In this document: piece after piece, positions 46,303-56,397 of the stretch
How the letters are laid out: every line of letters begins with the position of its first letter
How positions within the stretch are numbered: the first letter of the stretch is position 1
Origin: Thermodesulfobacteriota bacterium
Lineage (GTDB): Bacteria; Desulfobacterota_D; UBA1144; Nemesobacterales; JAJCZQ01
DNA length: 64,000 nucleotides
Reading direction: 5' to 3'
Assembly (NCBI GenBank): GCA_965203965.1
Contig: CBDBDR010000017.1
Location: forward strand, 1,152,001 to 1,216,000
Notes under the pieces: generated by a model
Seen by the model: only the letters and a program-made list of their open reading frames with translations
The model's database searches: none
Told to the model about the DNA's origin: nothing
Translations under genes and position numbers: made by a program

Positions 46303-48465
46303 ATGAAAGATATTCATGTGCCTTTTCCCGGGGAATTGAACAAAGAGCAAAATGAGGCTGTTGTTCATTCCGAAGGACCCCTTTTAATACTTGCTGGTGC
46401 CGGTTCGGGAAAAACCAGAACACTTACTCACAGAATTGCCTACTTGCTGGATAAGTGCAATGTATCTCCTTACAGAATTATTGCAGTAACCTTTACCAAC
46501 AAGGCTGCAAATGAGATGAAATTCCGCGTCAGTAGCCTTATAAGATCATCAATAAAAGGGCTGTGGCTTGGCACTTTTCACTCTATTTGTCTCAGGATAC
46601 TCAAAAGAGATATAGAGCATCTTGAGGGATTTAAGTCGGATTTCATAATTTTTGACGTTCAAGATCAGTTGAAACTAATTAGGGATTGTGTGAAGCTCCT
46701 TGAATACAATGAAAGGATGTATGAACCAAGAGCTATCAGGTCAAAAATTGACAGCTATAAGATGAGGGTCGGGGACGTTAATGAGTTGGGATCAGAGTTT
46801 AAGGATGACAAATTGAAAGAAATTTTTGATCTTTATGAAAGTGAACTGAGAAAAAATAACGCGCTTGACTTCAACGACCTTCTATTCCTGACCGTCAGGC
46901 TTTTTTCCGAGCATCCGAAAGTGCTGGAGTTTTACCAGGACAGGTTTGAATATATACTCGTTGATGAATATCAGGATACAAACAACCTCCAGTATTCAAT
47001 AGTAAGATCCCTTGCTCAAAAAAATGGGAATATATTCGTTGTTGGTGATGACAACCAATCAATATACAGTTGGAGAGGTGCAGACATACAGAATATTCTG
47101 AATTTTGAAAGTGATTTTAGTAACACCAGAACCATAAAATTGGAAAAAAATTACCGATCTACTGGCAATATACTGCGTCTTTCAAACGAGCTTATAAAAA
47201 ACAATCTGGAAAGAAAAGAAAAAACTTTATACACGGATAATCCCGAAGGCGAATTGATCGGTTACTACCAATCCGACAACGAGGAAGATGAGGCAAGAAA
47301 CCTAATAAAAATCATTCAGGAGAAAAAAAGAGAACAGGGTATTTCATTTAATGACTTTGCTGTATTTTACAGAACGAACAATCAGTCAAAGGCAATAGAG
47401 GATGAGTTGATCAAAAGCGACATACTATACAATATCATAGGCGGCGTTGGGTTTTACCAAAGAGCGGAGGTTAAAGACATTGTTTCCTATCTCAGGCTGA
47501 CAAAGAATTCTTCTGATAACCTGAGTCTGAAAAGGATTATTAATGTCCCGCCGCGCGGTCTTGGTAAGGTAACCCTGACTAACCTTGAACTTCTATCACA
47601 GGAGCATGGACTATCCCTTAGTGACGCGATTCAATACGCGATTGATCACAAGGTCTTTTCTCCATTAACTACGACAAGACTGGAAAATTTTTATCAACTT
47701 ATTCAGAGTCTGAAAAAAGCCTCAACTGATCTGAGCGTAGCCGAGTTGATAAAAAAGATCATAAAAGATACTTCATACATTGATCTAATGGAAGGTGAAG
47801 AAGAGAAGGTCAACAACCTGAGTAGTCTGGTAAATCTTGCTGAAGAATTTGATACTGAAGAGCAAACTGAAGCAACTCTTGAAAACTTTTTGGACTGGAT
47901 CATGCTCGCAAGCGAATCCGGCAATAGGGATGATAGTAAGGAAAAAATAAGCCTGATGACACTTCACTCTGCCAAAGGGCTTGAGTTCCCGTTCGTTTTT
48001 ATAACTGGTCTGGAGGAGGGATTGTTGCCTCACTTCAAATCAGAAGGTGATATCAAGGCGATCGAAGAGGAAAGAAGGCTTTTTTACGTAGGTATCACAA
48101 GGGCAAAAGAAAAAGTCTACCTGTCCGGTGCCTCAGCTAGAAAAAACTTTGGCAAATCTATTGGTTCTATACCTTCAAGGTTTGTAGGTGAACTGCCAAA
48201 AGACCTCGTGGATTGGAAAAGATATGAAGAGGTCTCATACCAGAAGCGGGTTAATAGGACAAAAGATGAGAATCAAACAGATCAAACTGAACGGGTTATC
48301 AACAGTTCTGACCCAAGTATAAAGAAAGGTCGTGAGGTAAGGCACAATACTTTCGGAAAAGGAGTTGTTCTGGGAGTTGAAGGCAATGGAGATAAAGCAA
48401 AAGTGACCGTTTTTTTTAAAAGTGTTGGAAACAAAAAGGTGTTGGCAAGTTACCTGATACACTAG
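46303..48465 (+). CDS. pcrA: ATP-dependent DNA helicase PcrA/UvrD
   Basis: LAGAGSGKT, VDEYQDTN, VGDDNQSIY, NYRS, TLHSAKGLEF and EERRLFYVGITRA motifs; Tudor-like C-terminus. Confidence 0.96.
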   Translation: MKDIHVPFPGELNKEQNEAVVHSEGPLLILAGAGSGKTRTLTHRIAYLLDKCNVSPYRIIAVTFTNKAANEMKFRVSSLIRSSIKGLWLGTFHSICLRILKRDIEHLEGFKSDFIIFDVQDQLKLIRDCVKLLEYNERMYEPRAIRSKIDSYKMRVGDVNELGSEFKDDKLKEIFDLYESELRKNNALDFNDLLFLTVRLFSEHPKVLEFYQDRFEYILVDEYQDTNNLQYSIVRSLAQKNGNIFVVGDDNQSIYSWRGADIQNILNFESDFSNTRTIKLEKNYRSTGNILRLSNELIKNNLERKEKTLYTDNPEGELIGYYQSDNEEDEARNLIKIIQEKKREQGISFNDFAVFYRTNNQSKAIEDELIKSDILYNIIGGVGFYQRAEVKDIVSYLRLTKNSSDNLSLKRIINVPPRGLGKVTLTNLELLSQEHGLSLSDAIQYAIDHKVFSPLTTTRLENFYQLIQSLKKASTDLSVAELIKKIIKDTSYIDLMEGEEEKVNNLSSLVNLAEEFDTEEQTEATLENFLDWIMLASESGNRDDSKEKISLMTLHSAKGLEFPFVFITGLEEGLLPHFKSEGDIKAIEEERRLFYVGITRAKEKVYLSGASARKNFGKSIGSIPSRFVGELPKDLVDWKRYEEVSYQKRVNRTKDENQTDQTERVINSSDPSIKKGREVRHNTFGKGVVLGVEGNGDKAKVTVFFKSVGNKKVLASYLIH

Positions 48466-48637
48466 CTCCTGAAAAGTTATATTTATTGGTTGGATCCAAA
48501 AATAAAAGTCCTTTGTTGCTGTTACTGCAAATTTCCATAACGCGCTACTGGTAGATTGACCTGCTAATCCTCCTTATATACTATTGAGAAAGTCAGTTCA
48601 TCCATTTTTCATAAACAACAACTGACGTATTGATGAT

Positions 48638-48922
48638 ATGAAACACAGAAAAAATAAGATCAAAAGTCAGCATGGACTTATAAAAGGGCTCAGAAAATTC
48701 CTGGAAAGAGAAATCTCAAACCAGGATTTTGTTACTGGTATCATACCAGGGGAGATAAAGGTAGGTAACTCAACGGGAGAAGTTTTGAAGGTTACGTATC
48801 AATACAAGATGCAAACGGGTGCAAAGCTCATTGCGAGAAGTGGCAGTTCAATACAGGAAATTTTTATAATAACCAATGATCCGGAAAGATTGGAAAAGAT
48901 AATAAACAGCCATGATGAATAA
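48638..48922 (+). CDS. DUF2103-like small protein
   Basis: HGLIKGL...IIPGEI...GAKLIARSGSSIQEIFIIT resembles the DUF2103 family. Confidence 0.65.
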   Translation: MKHRKNKIKSQHGLIKGLRKFLEREISNQDFVTGIIPGEIKVGNSTGEVLKVTYQYKMQTGAKLIARSGSSIQEIFIITNDPERLEKIINSHDE

Positions 48923-49036
48923 AATCCTTAACCCTGCAAAGGGGACAAGAGCGATGTCGGGTGTGTGATCCCGTGGAAAATTATTGACCGTATCGTAACT
49001 ATATGTAACCATTGTTATTCTTATAGAGGTGGAATA

Positions 49037-51448
49037 ATGCTTGTTCCGTTAAGTTGGCTAAAAGATCACGTTGAAATTGATTTTTCCTTGGACAATCTGG
49101 GTGAAATGTTGACGATGGCAGGTTTGGAAACCGAAGCCCTGCATTACAGGGGCAAAGGAATTGAAGATATTGTCATTGCCAAGATTTTAGAAATAAAAAA
49201 TCATCCTAATGCTGATAGACTGAATGTGTGTGAAGTTACAGATGGGATGGAAAATTACAATATAGTTTGCGGTGCAGATAACTTTGGGGTTAATGACTAT
49301 GTGGCTCTTGCAAGATCGGGTGCAAAACTGCCACCTACCAAGAAATTTCCTGAAGGATTAAAAATAAAAAAAACAAAGATCCGTGGTGAGACTTCGCAGG
49401 GGATGTTGTGTGCAGAGGATGAACTGGGTTTATCTGATAGATCTGATGGGATCATGGTTCTTTCCAGCGATTTGTCTCTTGGATCAAGGCTTGTAGATGA
49501 AATGTCTTTGAATGACGCGGTTTTTGAAATTGCAATAACTCCAAACAGGCCGGATTGCTTAAGTATTTTGGGTATAGCGAGGGAAATTGCTGCAGTTACA
49601 GGAAGCAAACTGAAAAATATTGCTCTTTATAAAGATGAAAGGTTTGGAAAAACTTCAAAATCCGTGGAAGTTAAGATCAATGACACCCATGCCTGTCCCA
49701 GATACGCCTGTAGAGTTATAGAAGGTGTAAAAATAGGTTCCTCACCTGATTGGTTAAAAAACAGATTGCAGGCTTCGGGAATAAGATCAATAAACAACGT
49801 TGTTGACGTAACAAATTTTGTTATGCTTGAAACTGGCCAGCCTCTTCACGCTTTTGACCATGACCTATTGGACAGAGAAATTATCAAAGTAAGGTTTGCA
49901 AGAGAGGAAGAGACGTTGATAACTCTTGACAAACAGGAAATAGAGCTGACTGAAACTGATCTGCTTATATGTGACGGTGACACACCTGTTGCCCTTGCAG
50001 GGGTCATGGGAGGATTAAACACCGAGGTGAATGGAGAAACAAAAAACATACTGCTTGAATCGGCATATTTTAACCCAGTGACGATAAGAAAAACCTCAAA
50101 GCGGACGGGTATCAGATCTGAAGCCTCCTATAGATTTGAGAGGGGCGTGGATCCCAACAACACCTTATTTGCACTTGACCGTGCCTCTTTTTTTATTGCA
50201 GAGTTGTCAGGTGGGAAAGCATCCGAGGATGTTATTGACGTTTATCCTTCAAAGATTGAACCTAAAGAGGTAAATTTATCCGTGAGTAAGGTTAAAGAGA
50301 TACTTGGAATAGAAATAAACTCTGACAGGATTACAGATATATTAAAACCGCTTGGGTTTGAAGTGCTAAAGTCAGACGGTATTGAAATATCAATGAAAAT
50401 ACCCACGTTCAGGGTTGATATTACAAGAGAGATCGACGTGATAGAAGAGATAGCAAGGTTGTTCGGTTATGAAAATATACCTACGACTTTGCCTGCGGTT
50501 GAGATGCTGGCGGATGAAACCGACAGCGGACGCGAACTTGTATTGGATGTTAAGCAAGTATTTATCTCATCAGGTTTTTTTGAAGCTATTAATTACAGTT
50601 TTGATGATCCTGCTCTTATGAAGATGTTCAGTGTATCCGAAACCATTGATCTGCTTAATCCTTTAACCAGTGAAAGCTCTGTGATGAGAACGTCTATTCT
50701 TCCTGGGTTGATCAAGAACCTGAAAACAAATCTGTTACGTCAAGTTAGTGATGTAAGGCTTTTTGAATATGGGAAAATTTTTCTACCCGTGGCGGAAAGT
50801 CAACTCCCAAGAGAGGAAAAGAGATTTTCCGCGGTCGCAACCGGAAAAATAGAACCTGAAGTATGGAATAAAGAGGATTTCAATTTCTTTGATCTGAAAA
50901 ATCTATTGATCCGGGGAGTTGCAAGTTTTTCACCCAGCAAAAGAATAGAATTCGTAAAGAATGACGAGGTAAAATTTCTCCATCCGGGAAAATCTGCATC
51001 TATTTTTGCCGACAAAGTTGAACTTGGCATTATTGGTGAGTTGCATCCAGATTGCATGGATGAGTTAAAAATAGATAAAAAACTGTACCTATTGGACGTC
51101 AACTTAGACGCTCTGGTTGGGCTTTCTGAAACTTTTTCCTACAACTTTAGACCAATGCCCATATTCCCTTCCATAAAGAGGGATATGTCGTTTATTATAG
51201 ACAAAGAAGTGACAGCGGGACAAATGATAGATAAAGTTAGCAAGGTGAGCAGCCTTGTTGAGGACGCTAGGGTGTTTGATGTTTTTGAGGACGATTCATT
51301 AGGTATGGATAGTAAAAAAAGCGTGGGAATATCGATCTTACTCAGATCTCAAGATAAGACTTTGACCGATGAAGAGGCTAACACGGTTCAGGGCATGGCA
51401 ATAAGAGAATTAAGTTCATCATTAGGTGCTGAGTTGAGGTCAATGTAA
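49037..51448 (+). CDS. pheT: Phenylalanine--tRNA ligase beta subunit
   Basis: MLVPLSWLK, HPNADRL, ITPNRPDCLS, NNVVDVTN, RFERGVD and FDX-ACB C-terminus. ATG at 49037 follows a GAGGTG RBS. Confidence 0.97.
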   Translation: MLVPLSWLKDHVEIDFSLDNLGEMLTMAGLETEALHYRGKGIEDIVIAKILEIKNHPNADRLNVCEVTDGMENYNIVCGADNFGVNDYVALARSGAKLPPTKKFPEGLKIKKTKIRGETSQGMLCAEDELGLSDRSDGIMVLSSDLSLGSRLVDEMSLNDAVFEIAITPNRPDCLSILGIAREIAAVTGSKLKNIALYKDERFGKTSKSVEVKINDTHACPRYACRVIEGVKIGSSPDWLKNRLQASGIRSINNVVDVTNFVMLETGQPLHAFDHDLLDREIIKVRFAREEETLITLDKQEIELTETDLLICDGDTPVALAGVMGGLNTEVNGETKNILLESAYFNPVTIRKTSKRTGIRSEASYRFERGVDPNNTLFALDRASFFIAELSGGKASEDVIDVYPSKIEPKEVNLSVSKVKEILGIEINSDRITDILKPLGFEVLKSDGIEISMKIPTFRVDITREIDVIEEIARLFGYENIPTTLPAVEMLADETDSGRELVLDVKQVFISSGFFEAINYSFDDPALMKMFSVSETIDLLNPLTSESSVMRTSILPGLIKNLKTNLLRQVSDVRLFEYGKIFLPVAESQLPREEKRFSAVATGKIEPEVWNKEDFNFFDLKNLLIRGVASFSPSKRIEFVKNDEVKFLHPGKSASIFADKVELGIIGELHPDCMDELKIDKKLYLLDVNLDALVGLSETFSYNFRPMPIFPSIKRDMSFIIDKEVTAGQMIDKVSKVSSLVEDARVFDVFEDDSLGMDSKKSVGISILLRSQDKTLTDEEANTVQGMAIRELSSSLGAELRSM

Positions 51449-51461
51449 AGAGAGGAACTCA

Positions 51462-51740
51462 ATGACTAAAAAAGAGCTTTCAGGAGAAATTCACAAAAAG
51501 ATCGGTTTATCCAGAAGGGAATCCGCAGAGATTCTGGAATACTTTTTTTATCTGGTGAAAAACAGTTTACAGAATGGAGAGAGCGTTAAACTTCCAAAGT
51601 TCGGAAGTTTTATCGTTCAGCAAAGGAAAGCAAGAAAAGGAAGAAATCCCTCAAGTAATGAGACAATTGAGATTGCTGCCAGAAAAGCAGTAGTTTTTAA
51701 GCCCAGTAGGTTTCTTCGTAATTTTATATCTCCCGATTAG
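51462..51740 (+). CDS. ihfA: Integration host factor alpha subunit
   Basis: MTKKEL, VKLPKFGSF, RKGRNP and VVFKPS motifs; conserved position after pheT. Confidence 0.88.
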   Translation: MTKKELSGEIHKKIGLSRRESAEILEYFFYLVKNSLQNGESVKLPKFGSFIVQQRKARKGRNPSSNETIEIAARKAVVFKPSRFLRNFISPD

Positions 51741-51744
51741 GTTA

Positions 51745-52392
51745 GTGACAAATATGCTCTCTTCCATAAGACAGAACTTTTTGGCTGGATTATTAGTTTT
51801 ACTACCATTTGGTCTTACTGTTTTTATACTTTTCAAACTGGGCAAATGGATCATAAATTTGGTGAGTGCGGCACCAGCAATGTTTCTCAAACCGCTTGAT
51901 GCTCTACCTCTTTATGTTTTCCAGTTAGTTACTTTTTCCATTGGATTGTTTGCTACTATACTGATAGTTCTGATCGTTGGGACAGTAGCGAGAAATTTTA
52001 TTGGAAAAAAATTGGTGAGTTTTGGTGAAAGCCTAGTGCATAAGTTGCCTCTTGCACGGACCGTTTATACTGCCACTAAGCAGATCATGGAAACCGTGTT
52101 TTTTGCCAGAGGTATGAAGGGTTTTAAAAGAGTGGTGACGTTTGAGTTTCCAAGAAAAGGCATCTATTCAATAGGTTTTATCACGGCTACTCTGAACGTG
52201 GGAGATATTTACAACAAAAGCGGGGAAGAGCTCTACAGTATATTTGTCCCAACAGCTCCCAATCCCACCAGTGGTTACTATATAATGCTTCCTAAGGCAG
52301 ACGTTAAGGAGCTTAATATATCAGTAGAAGATGCGTTCAGACTGATAGTGTCGGCTGGCTTGGCAAAGAATAAAGTTGAAAATAACAAGTAA
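51745..52392 (+). CDS. DUF502 family membrane protein
   Basis: FLAGLLVLLP, VYTATKQ, EFPRKG and VPTAPNPTSG motifs. Confidence 0.88.
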   Translation: MTNMLSSIRQNFLAGLLVLLPFGLTVFILFKLGKWIINLVSAAPAMFLKPLDALPLYVFQLVTFSIGLFATILIVLIVGTVARNFIGKKLVSFGESLVHKLPLARTVYTATKQIMETVFFARGMKGFKRVVTFEFPRKGIYSIGFITATLNVGDIYNKSGEELYSIFVPTAPNPTSGYYIMLPKADVKELNISVEDAFRLIVSAGLAKNKVENNK

Positions 52393-53794
52393 GGTCTTAA
52401 AAACCATTCAATCCTACGGAATGATCTCTGCCGGGGATAGGGTGGTTGTAGCTCTGTCGGGGGGTTCGGATTCGGTCGGATTACTTCACTTGCTTTTGAA
52501 TTTAAGGGAATTTGATCTGAAGATCATAGCCGCACATTATAACCATAAGCTAAGAGGGAGCGAATCAGAAAGGGATGCAATTTTTGTTGAGCAGCTTTCA
52601 AGAGATCTGGGTGTTGAATTTGAGTACGGTGAAGTCGAGCAAGATCACTATAGAAGCGTTAAATCGGGTTTTTCTCCAGAGGAAACTGCAAGAGAATTGA
52701 GATATAGATTTTTAAACCATGTTTTGGAGAAATGTAAAGCCCAGAAAATTGCTACTGCGCACACGATGAACGACCAAGCAGAGACCGTTATTATGAGGAT
52801 CATAAGAGGTAGTGGTGTTCGCGGGTTGTCGGGCATTCCACCTGTAAATGGCAGAATAGTAAGACCTTTAATACAAATGCAGAAGCAAGAAATAAAAGAT
52901 TACCTGCGGTTAAACCAGATTAATTGGACGGAAGATTTTTCAAATAACTCAACACGGTTTCAGAGAAATAAGATTAGGCTTGAACTTTTTCCAATACTTA
53001 AAGAAATAAATCCCAATATAGATCAGGTTCTGCTCAGATCATCTGAAATATTCAGAATTGAGTCAGAATTTATTGATAGTTGTATTGATGAGGTATATAG
53101 ATCCGTTATTACAGAGCAGCCTTTTGGCTACATTGGAAGATCGATTGAATATTTATCGCAGAACAAAGCTGTAAGGTTAGGGATTTTAAGAAAAACAATT
53201 GAGTTGTTAAAAGGCAAATTCAAAAATGTTTCGGCGGTTCATATTTTTACGGTGGATGAAATGATCGGGTCGGACATACCTTCGGGAGAGATCGTGCTTC
53301 CAGATGGTATTAGGTTCAACAAGGGATATGGTATTTTTTGTATGTCAAACAACCCCGGACTTGGTGAAAGTTATAGTTACAAGATCAATGGTCAGGGTTT
53401 TTACAGTTTTGAAAACGGGCTTGAGATCAGAGTGGATGTTACTTCTGATGGGTCAGAATGGGGGGATGAGTCAGTTGGTTTTTTTTCAGTTAGTAAAGTC
53501 AAATTTCCTTTGACTGTCGGGAGCTACAAGGCTGGCGACAGATTCAAACCTCTTGGCATGAAAGGATCCAAGAAGATCAAAAATGTTTTCATTGATAAGA
53601 AAATACCGAAGTTTATGAGAAAAAGCATACCGGTCTTTCAAACGGTTGATGGAGTGATATGGGTTGGTGGTGTGAGGAGTGATGATAGATTCAAGGTGGA
53701 AAAAGGGGAGTCGGAGTTTTTAAGGATTAAGATCAAAAAGCCCGAGCTAAGTTTCCTTGAGAAAATACGGACTTCTGAGAGTCATATAAGCTGA
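52376..53794 (+). CDS. tilS: tRNA(Ile)-lysidine synthase
   Basis: ALSGGSDS PP-loop, HYNHKLR, ARELRY, AHTMNDQAET, RPL and RNKIR motifs. Confidence 0.96.
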   Translation: MKITSKVLKTIQSYGMISAGDRVVVALSGGSDSVGLLHLLLNLREFDLKIIAAHYNHKLRGSESERDAIFVEQLSRDLGVEFEYGEVEQDHYRSVKSGFSPEETARELRYRFLNHVLEKCKAQKIATAHTMNDQAETVIMRIIRGSGVRGLSGIPPVNGRIVRPLIQMQKQEIKDYLRLNQINWTEDFSNNSTRFQRNKIRLELFPILKEINPNIDQVLLRSSEIFRIESEFIDSCIDEVYRSVITEQPFGYIGRSIEYLSQNKAVRLGILRKTIELLKGKFKNVSAVHIFTVDEMIGSDIPSGEIVLPDGIRFNKGYGIFCMSNNPGLGESYSYKINGQGFYSFENGLEIRVDVTSDGSEWGDESVGFFSVSKVKFPLTVGSYKAGDRFKPLGMKGSKKIKNVFIDKKIPKFMRKSIPVFQTVDGVIWVGGVRSDDRFKVEKGESEFLRIKIKKPELSFLEKIRTSESHIS

Positions 53795-54688
53795 TCCGAG
53801 AATACCTGCATTGTCTCCAAGCTTCGCCTTATGGATGTTCAAGTTACTTTTGCTTCCTTCGAGAGCTTTTTGCTCAATTTCACTCTTAGCACTATCTATA
53901 AAAAACTCCCACGCATTTGACAGTCCTCCTCCGATCACGATGTTTTCCACGTTCAGGATGTTGATCAGATTTGTAATTCCTATACCGAGGTAGCTTCCAA
54001 ATTGTTTCCACAGATTTATTGATTCTTCATCTTTGTTTTCTGCCAACTCCATAATTTTTCTTGGTATATCGTCTTTATCTGTTTCACGAGTTTTTTTAGT
54101 TAGTCCGTTACTGTTGCTGACGACACGCCTGACGGCTTCTGCGGAGACAAAACTTTCAAGACACCCACTACTGCCACAACTGCATTTGGGACCTTTTGTA
54201 TCAATGATCATGTGTCCAATTTCACCTGCGGTGCAATTTTCCCCCTGCCAAAGCTCCCCGTCCAATATAATTCCCCCACCCAGTCCCGTGCCTATCGCGA
54301 TCATGATCATAGAATCACATCCGTTGCCTGAGCCTTTCCAAAACTCTCCGAGTGCTATGCAGTTGGCATCGTTTTCTATAACTACCTGAGTTGACAGATG
54401 ACGTTTAAGCACTTTTAGGATCGGGAAATTCGTCCCTCCACTTATATTTGGAGACTGTATTAAAATACCTTTTTTGTGGTTGATGATCCCTGGAAACCCT
54501 ATTCCTATGGCTGATGGCTTGAATTTGTTGAAATCCTCAATGAAAGCCACAAGATTTTTTACTACTTTATCAATTCCTTCTTTTGCGTCAGATTTTGTTT
54601 GTTTTTTTGAAAATATCTCACCTTTTTCATTTACTACAGCTCCCCTTAGATTTGTTCCTCCAACGTCTATGCCAAGCACTTGTTTCAT
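53747..54688 (-). CDS. ROK family kinase (glucokinase-like)
   Basis: GIDVGGT, ENDAN, GTGLGGG, GEIGH and CSCGSSGCLE motifs. Confidence 0.92.
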   Translation of the reverse strand: MKQVLGIDVGGTNLRGAVVNEKGEIFSKKQTKSDAKEGIDKVVKNLVAFIEDFNKFKPSAIGIGFPGIINHKKGILIQSPNISGGTNFPILKVLKRHLSTQVVIENDANCIALGEFWKGSGNGCDSMIMIAIGTGLGGGIILDGELWQGENCTAGEIGHMIIDTKGPKCSCGSSGCLESFVSAEAVRRVVSNSNGLTKKTRETDKDDIPRKIMELAENKDEESINLWKQFGSYLGIGITNLINILNVENIVIGGGLSNAWEFFIDSAKSEIEQKALEGSKSNLNIHKAKLGDNAGILGSAYMTLRSPYFLKET

Positions 54689-54827
54689 AAAAGTCTTGTT
54701 AGCATAAATGCACTTTCAATTTAAGTAAACAAAGAGAAAACCTGTATTCACTTTTTTTAAGGCGGTAAGATACACTACCAAACGTGAAGTTAATATTTAG
54801 TGGTTAGAATTATCATCTTAACTTGGG

Positions 54828-55691
54828 GTGGCAATGAAACGGGCAAAAGATCAGAAAAGCGAATTTAAGAAAATTGATAATCCATACAAGGGTATCAGTT
54901 TAAAGGACTACAATGTTGAAAAGAGACGGCTGCAACTTGAGATGCTTAACATTCAGCAAGACGTAACTAAGAAAGGTCAAAGAATATGTATAACGTTTGA
55001 CGGTCGTGACGCTGCTGGTAAAGGTTCAACGATCCTTCGTTTTACAGAAAACCTAATGCCTCGTTATTACAGAGTTGTGGCACTTGGAATACCAACTCAA
55101 AAAGAGTCAAAATACTGGTTTAATCGTTATGAAAAGCATCTTCCAAAACCTAATGAGATGGTGTTCTTTGATCGTTCATGGTATAACAGGGCAACAATTG
55201 AACCGACAATGGGTTACTGCACCAAGAAACAGTATGAGTATTTTATGTCAAAGGTTCTTGACTGGGAGCATAAGTTAATTGACGATGGGCTAAAACTTAT
55301 GAAATTTTACCTGTCAGTGGATAGTGAGCATCAACTTGGACGTTTTCAGGATAGGCTTTCTGACCCTCTAAAGTTCTGGAAGTTTTCGCCCAATGATCTT
55401 AACGCGAGAAAAAAATGGGAAGCATACACGAACTATAAAAATCAGATGTTATCCCACACGTCCTCCAAAAAGTCTCCCTGGTATAATGTGGATGCAAATT
55501 CAAAGATGGAAGCCAGATTGAACTGTATGCTTAGAGTAGTGAAAAAATACGGTAAAAGAAAATTTATTCCGCTAACCGGTGTGGATGTTGTAAAAAAACA
55601 CAGCATTGAGATCAACGGTATTGTGTTTGACAACCTGAGCCAACTTCAATACTCTACTCTGAAAAATTTAGCCGAGAAGGGGAATGCCTGA
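54828..55691 (+). CDS. ppk2: Polyphosphate kinase 2
   Basis: FDGRDAAGKG Walker A, FFDRSWYNR and DPLKFWKFSP motifs. Confidence 0.93.
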   Translation: MAMKRAKDQKSEFKKIDNPYKGISLKDYNVEKRRLQLEMLNIQQDVTKKGQRICITFDGRDAAGKGSTILRFTENLMPRYYRVVALGIPTQKESKYWFNRYEKHLPKPNEMVFFDRSWYNRATIEPTMGYCTKKQYEYFMSKVLDWEHKLIDDGLKLMKFYLSVDSEHQLGRFQDRLSDPLKFWKFSPNDLNARKKWEAYTNYKNQMLSHTSSKKSPWYNVDANSKMEARLNCMLRVVKKYGKRKFIPLTGVDVVKKHSIEINGIVFDNLSQLQYSTLKNLAEKGNA

Positions 55692-56157
55692 TAACATGAG
55701 TCTGCTGAAAACGATAGGCTTGCCCATGATTGAATCAGCAGGTGGTTTGGTCTACAATGACAACTACCATATTCTTCTTATTTTCAAGAGAGGTAAATGG
55801 GACCTGCCCAAAGGTAAGTTGGATTCGGGTCGTTCCTCACAGGTTAAAACTGCCATCCGGGAAGTCAATGAGGAAACGGGACTGGATCCAAAAAAGTTGA
55901 CCGTTCAAGGTAAAATTGTTTCCACGTGGCATTCTACAAGGTATAAAAAGTCAAACTACCTGAAAAAGACACATTGGTATCTAATGCGCTACAACGGTAA
56001 GGACGCGGATGTTTCCCCGGAATTTGAGGAGGGGATAATTGAGTGCAGGTGGGTGCATATCAGTGAGCTTGACAGCTACAGACCGTTGATGCTTACAAGA
56101 ATTCAATACGTGATAGATTTTTGGCTTGAAAATTTTGCTTATGGGCAGAAGATATGA
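55684..56157 (+). CDS. NUDIX hydrolase
   Basis: WDLPKGK...TAIREVNEETG Nudix box. Confidence 0.92.
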   Translation: MPDNMSLLKTIGLPMIESAGGLVYNDNYHILLIFKRGKWDLPKGKLDSGRSSQVKTAIREVNEETGLDPKKLTVQGKIVSTWHSTRYKKSNYLKKTHWYLMRYNGKDADVSPEFEEGIIECRWVHISELDSYRPLMLTRIQYVIDFWLENFAYGQKI

Positions 56158-56397
56158 AACGGAAAGGACTATCCCTTCGGGGAAGGAAAATTTTTCTCTC
56201 TGCCATTCCTGCGTAAGATTTCTCCCCTGACCGTAGGGACTCAAAGTAGGAGCATATCACTTCGGATAATTAAATCCGAATAACTTCTCAACTTTCTATA
56301 ATATTTGTTGATATTATGGTATAATCAAAAGATTTTCTAACTAGTCAATGAACAACCAAATAGCACTGAAGGCAATTCATTCTCCGGAGACCGCATA

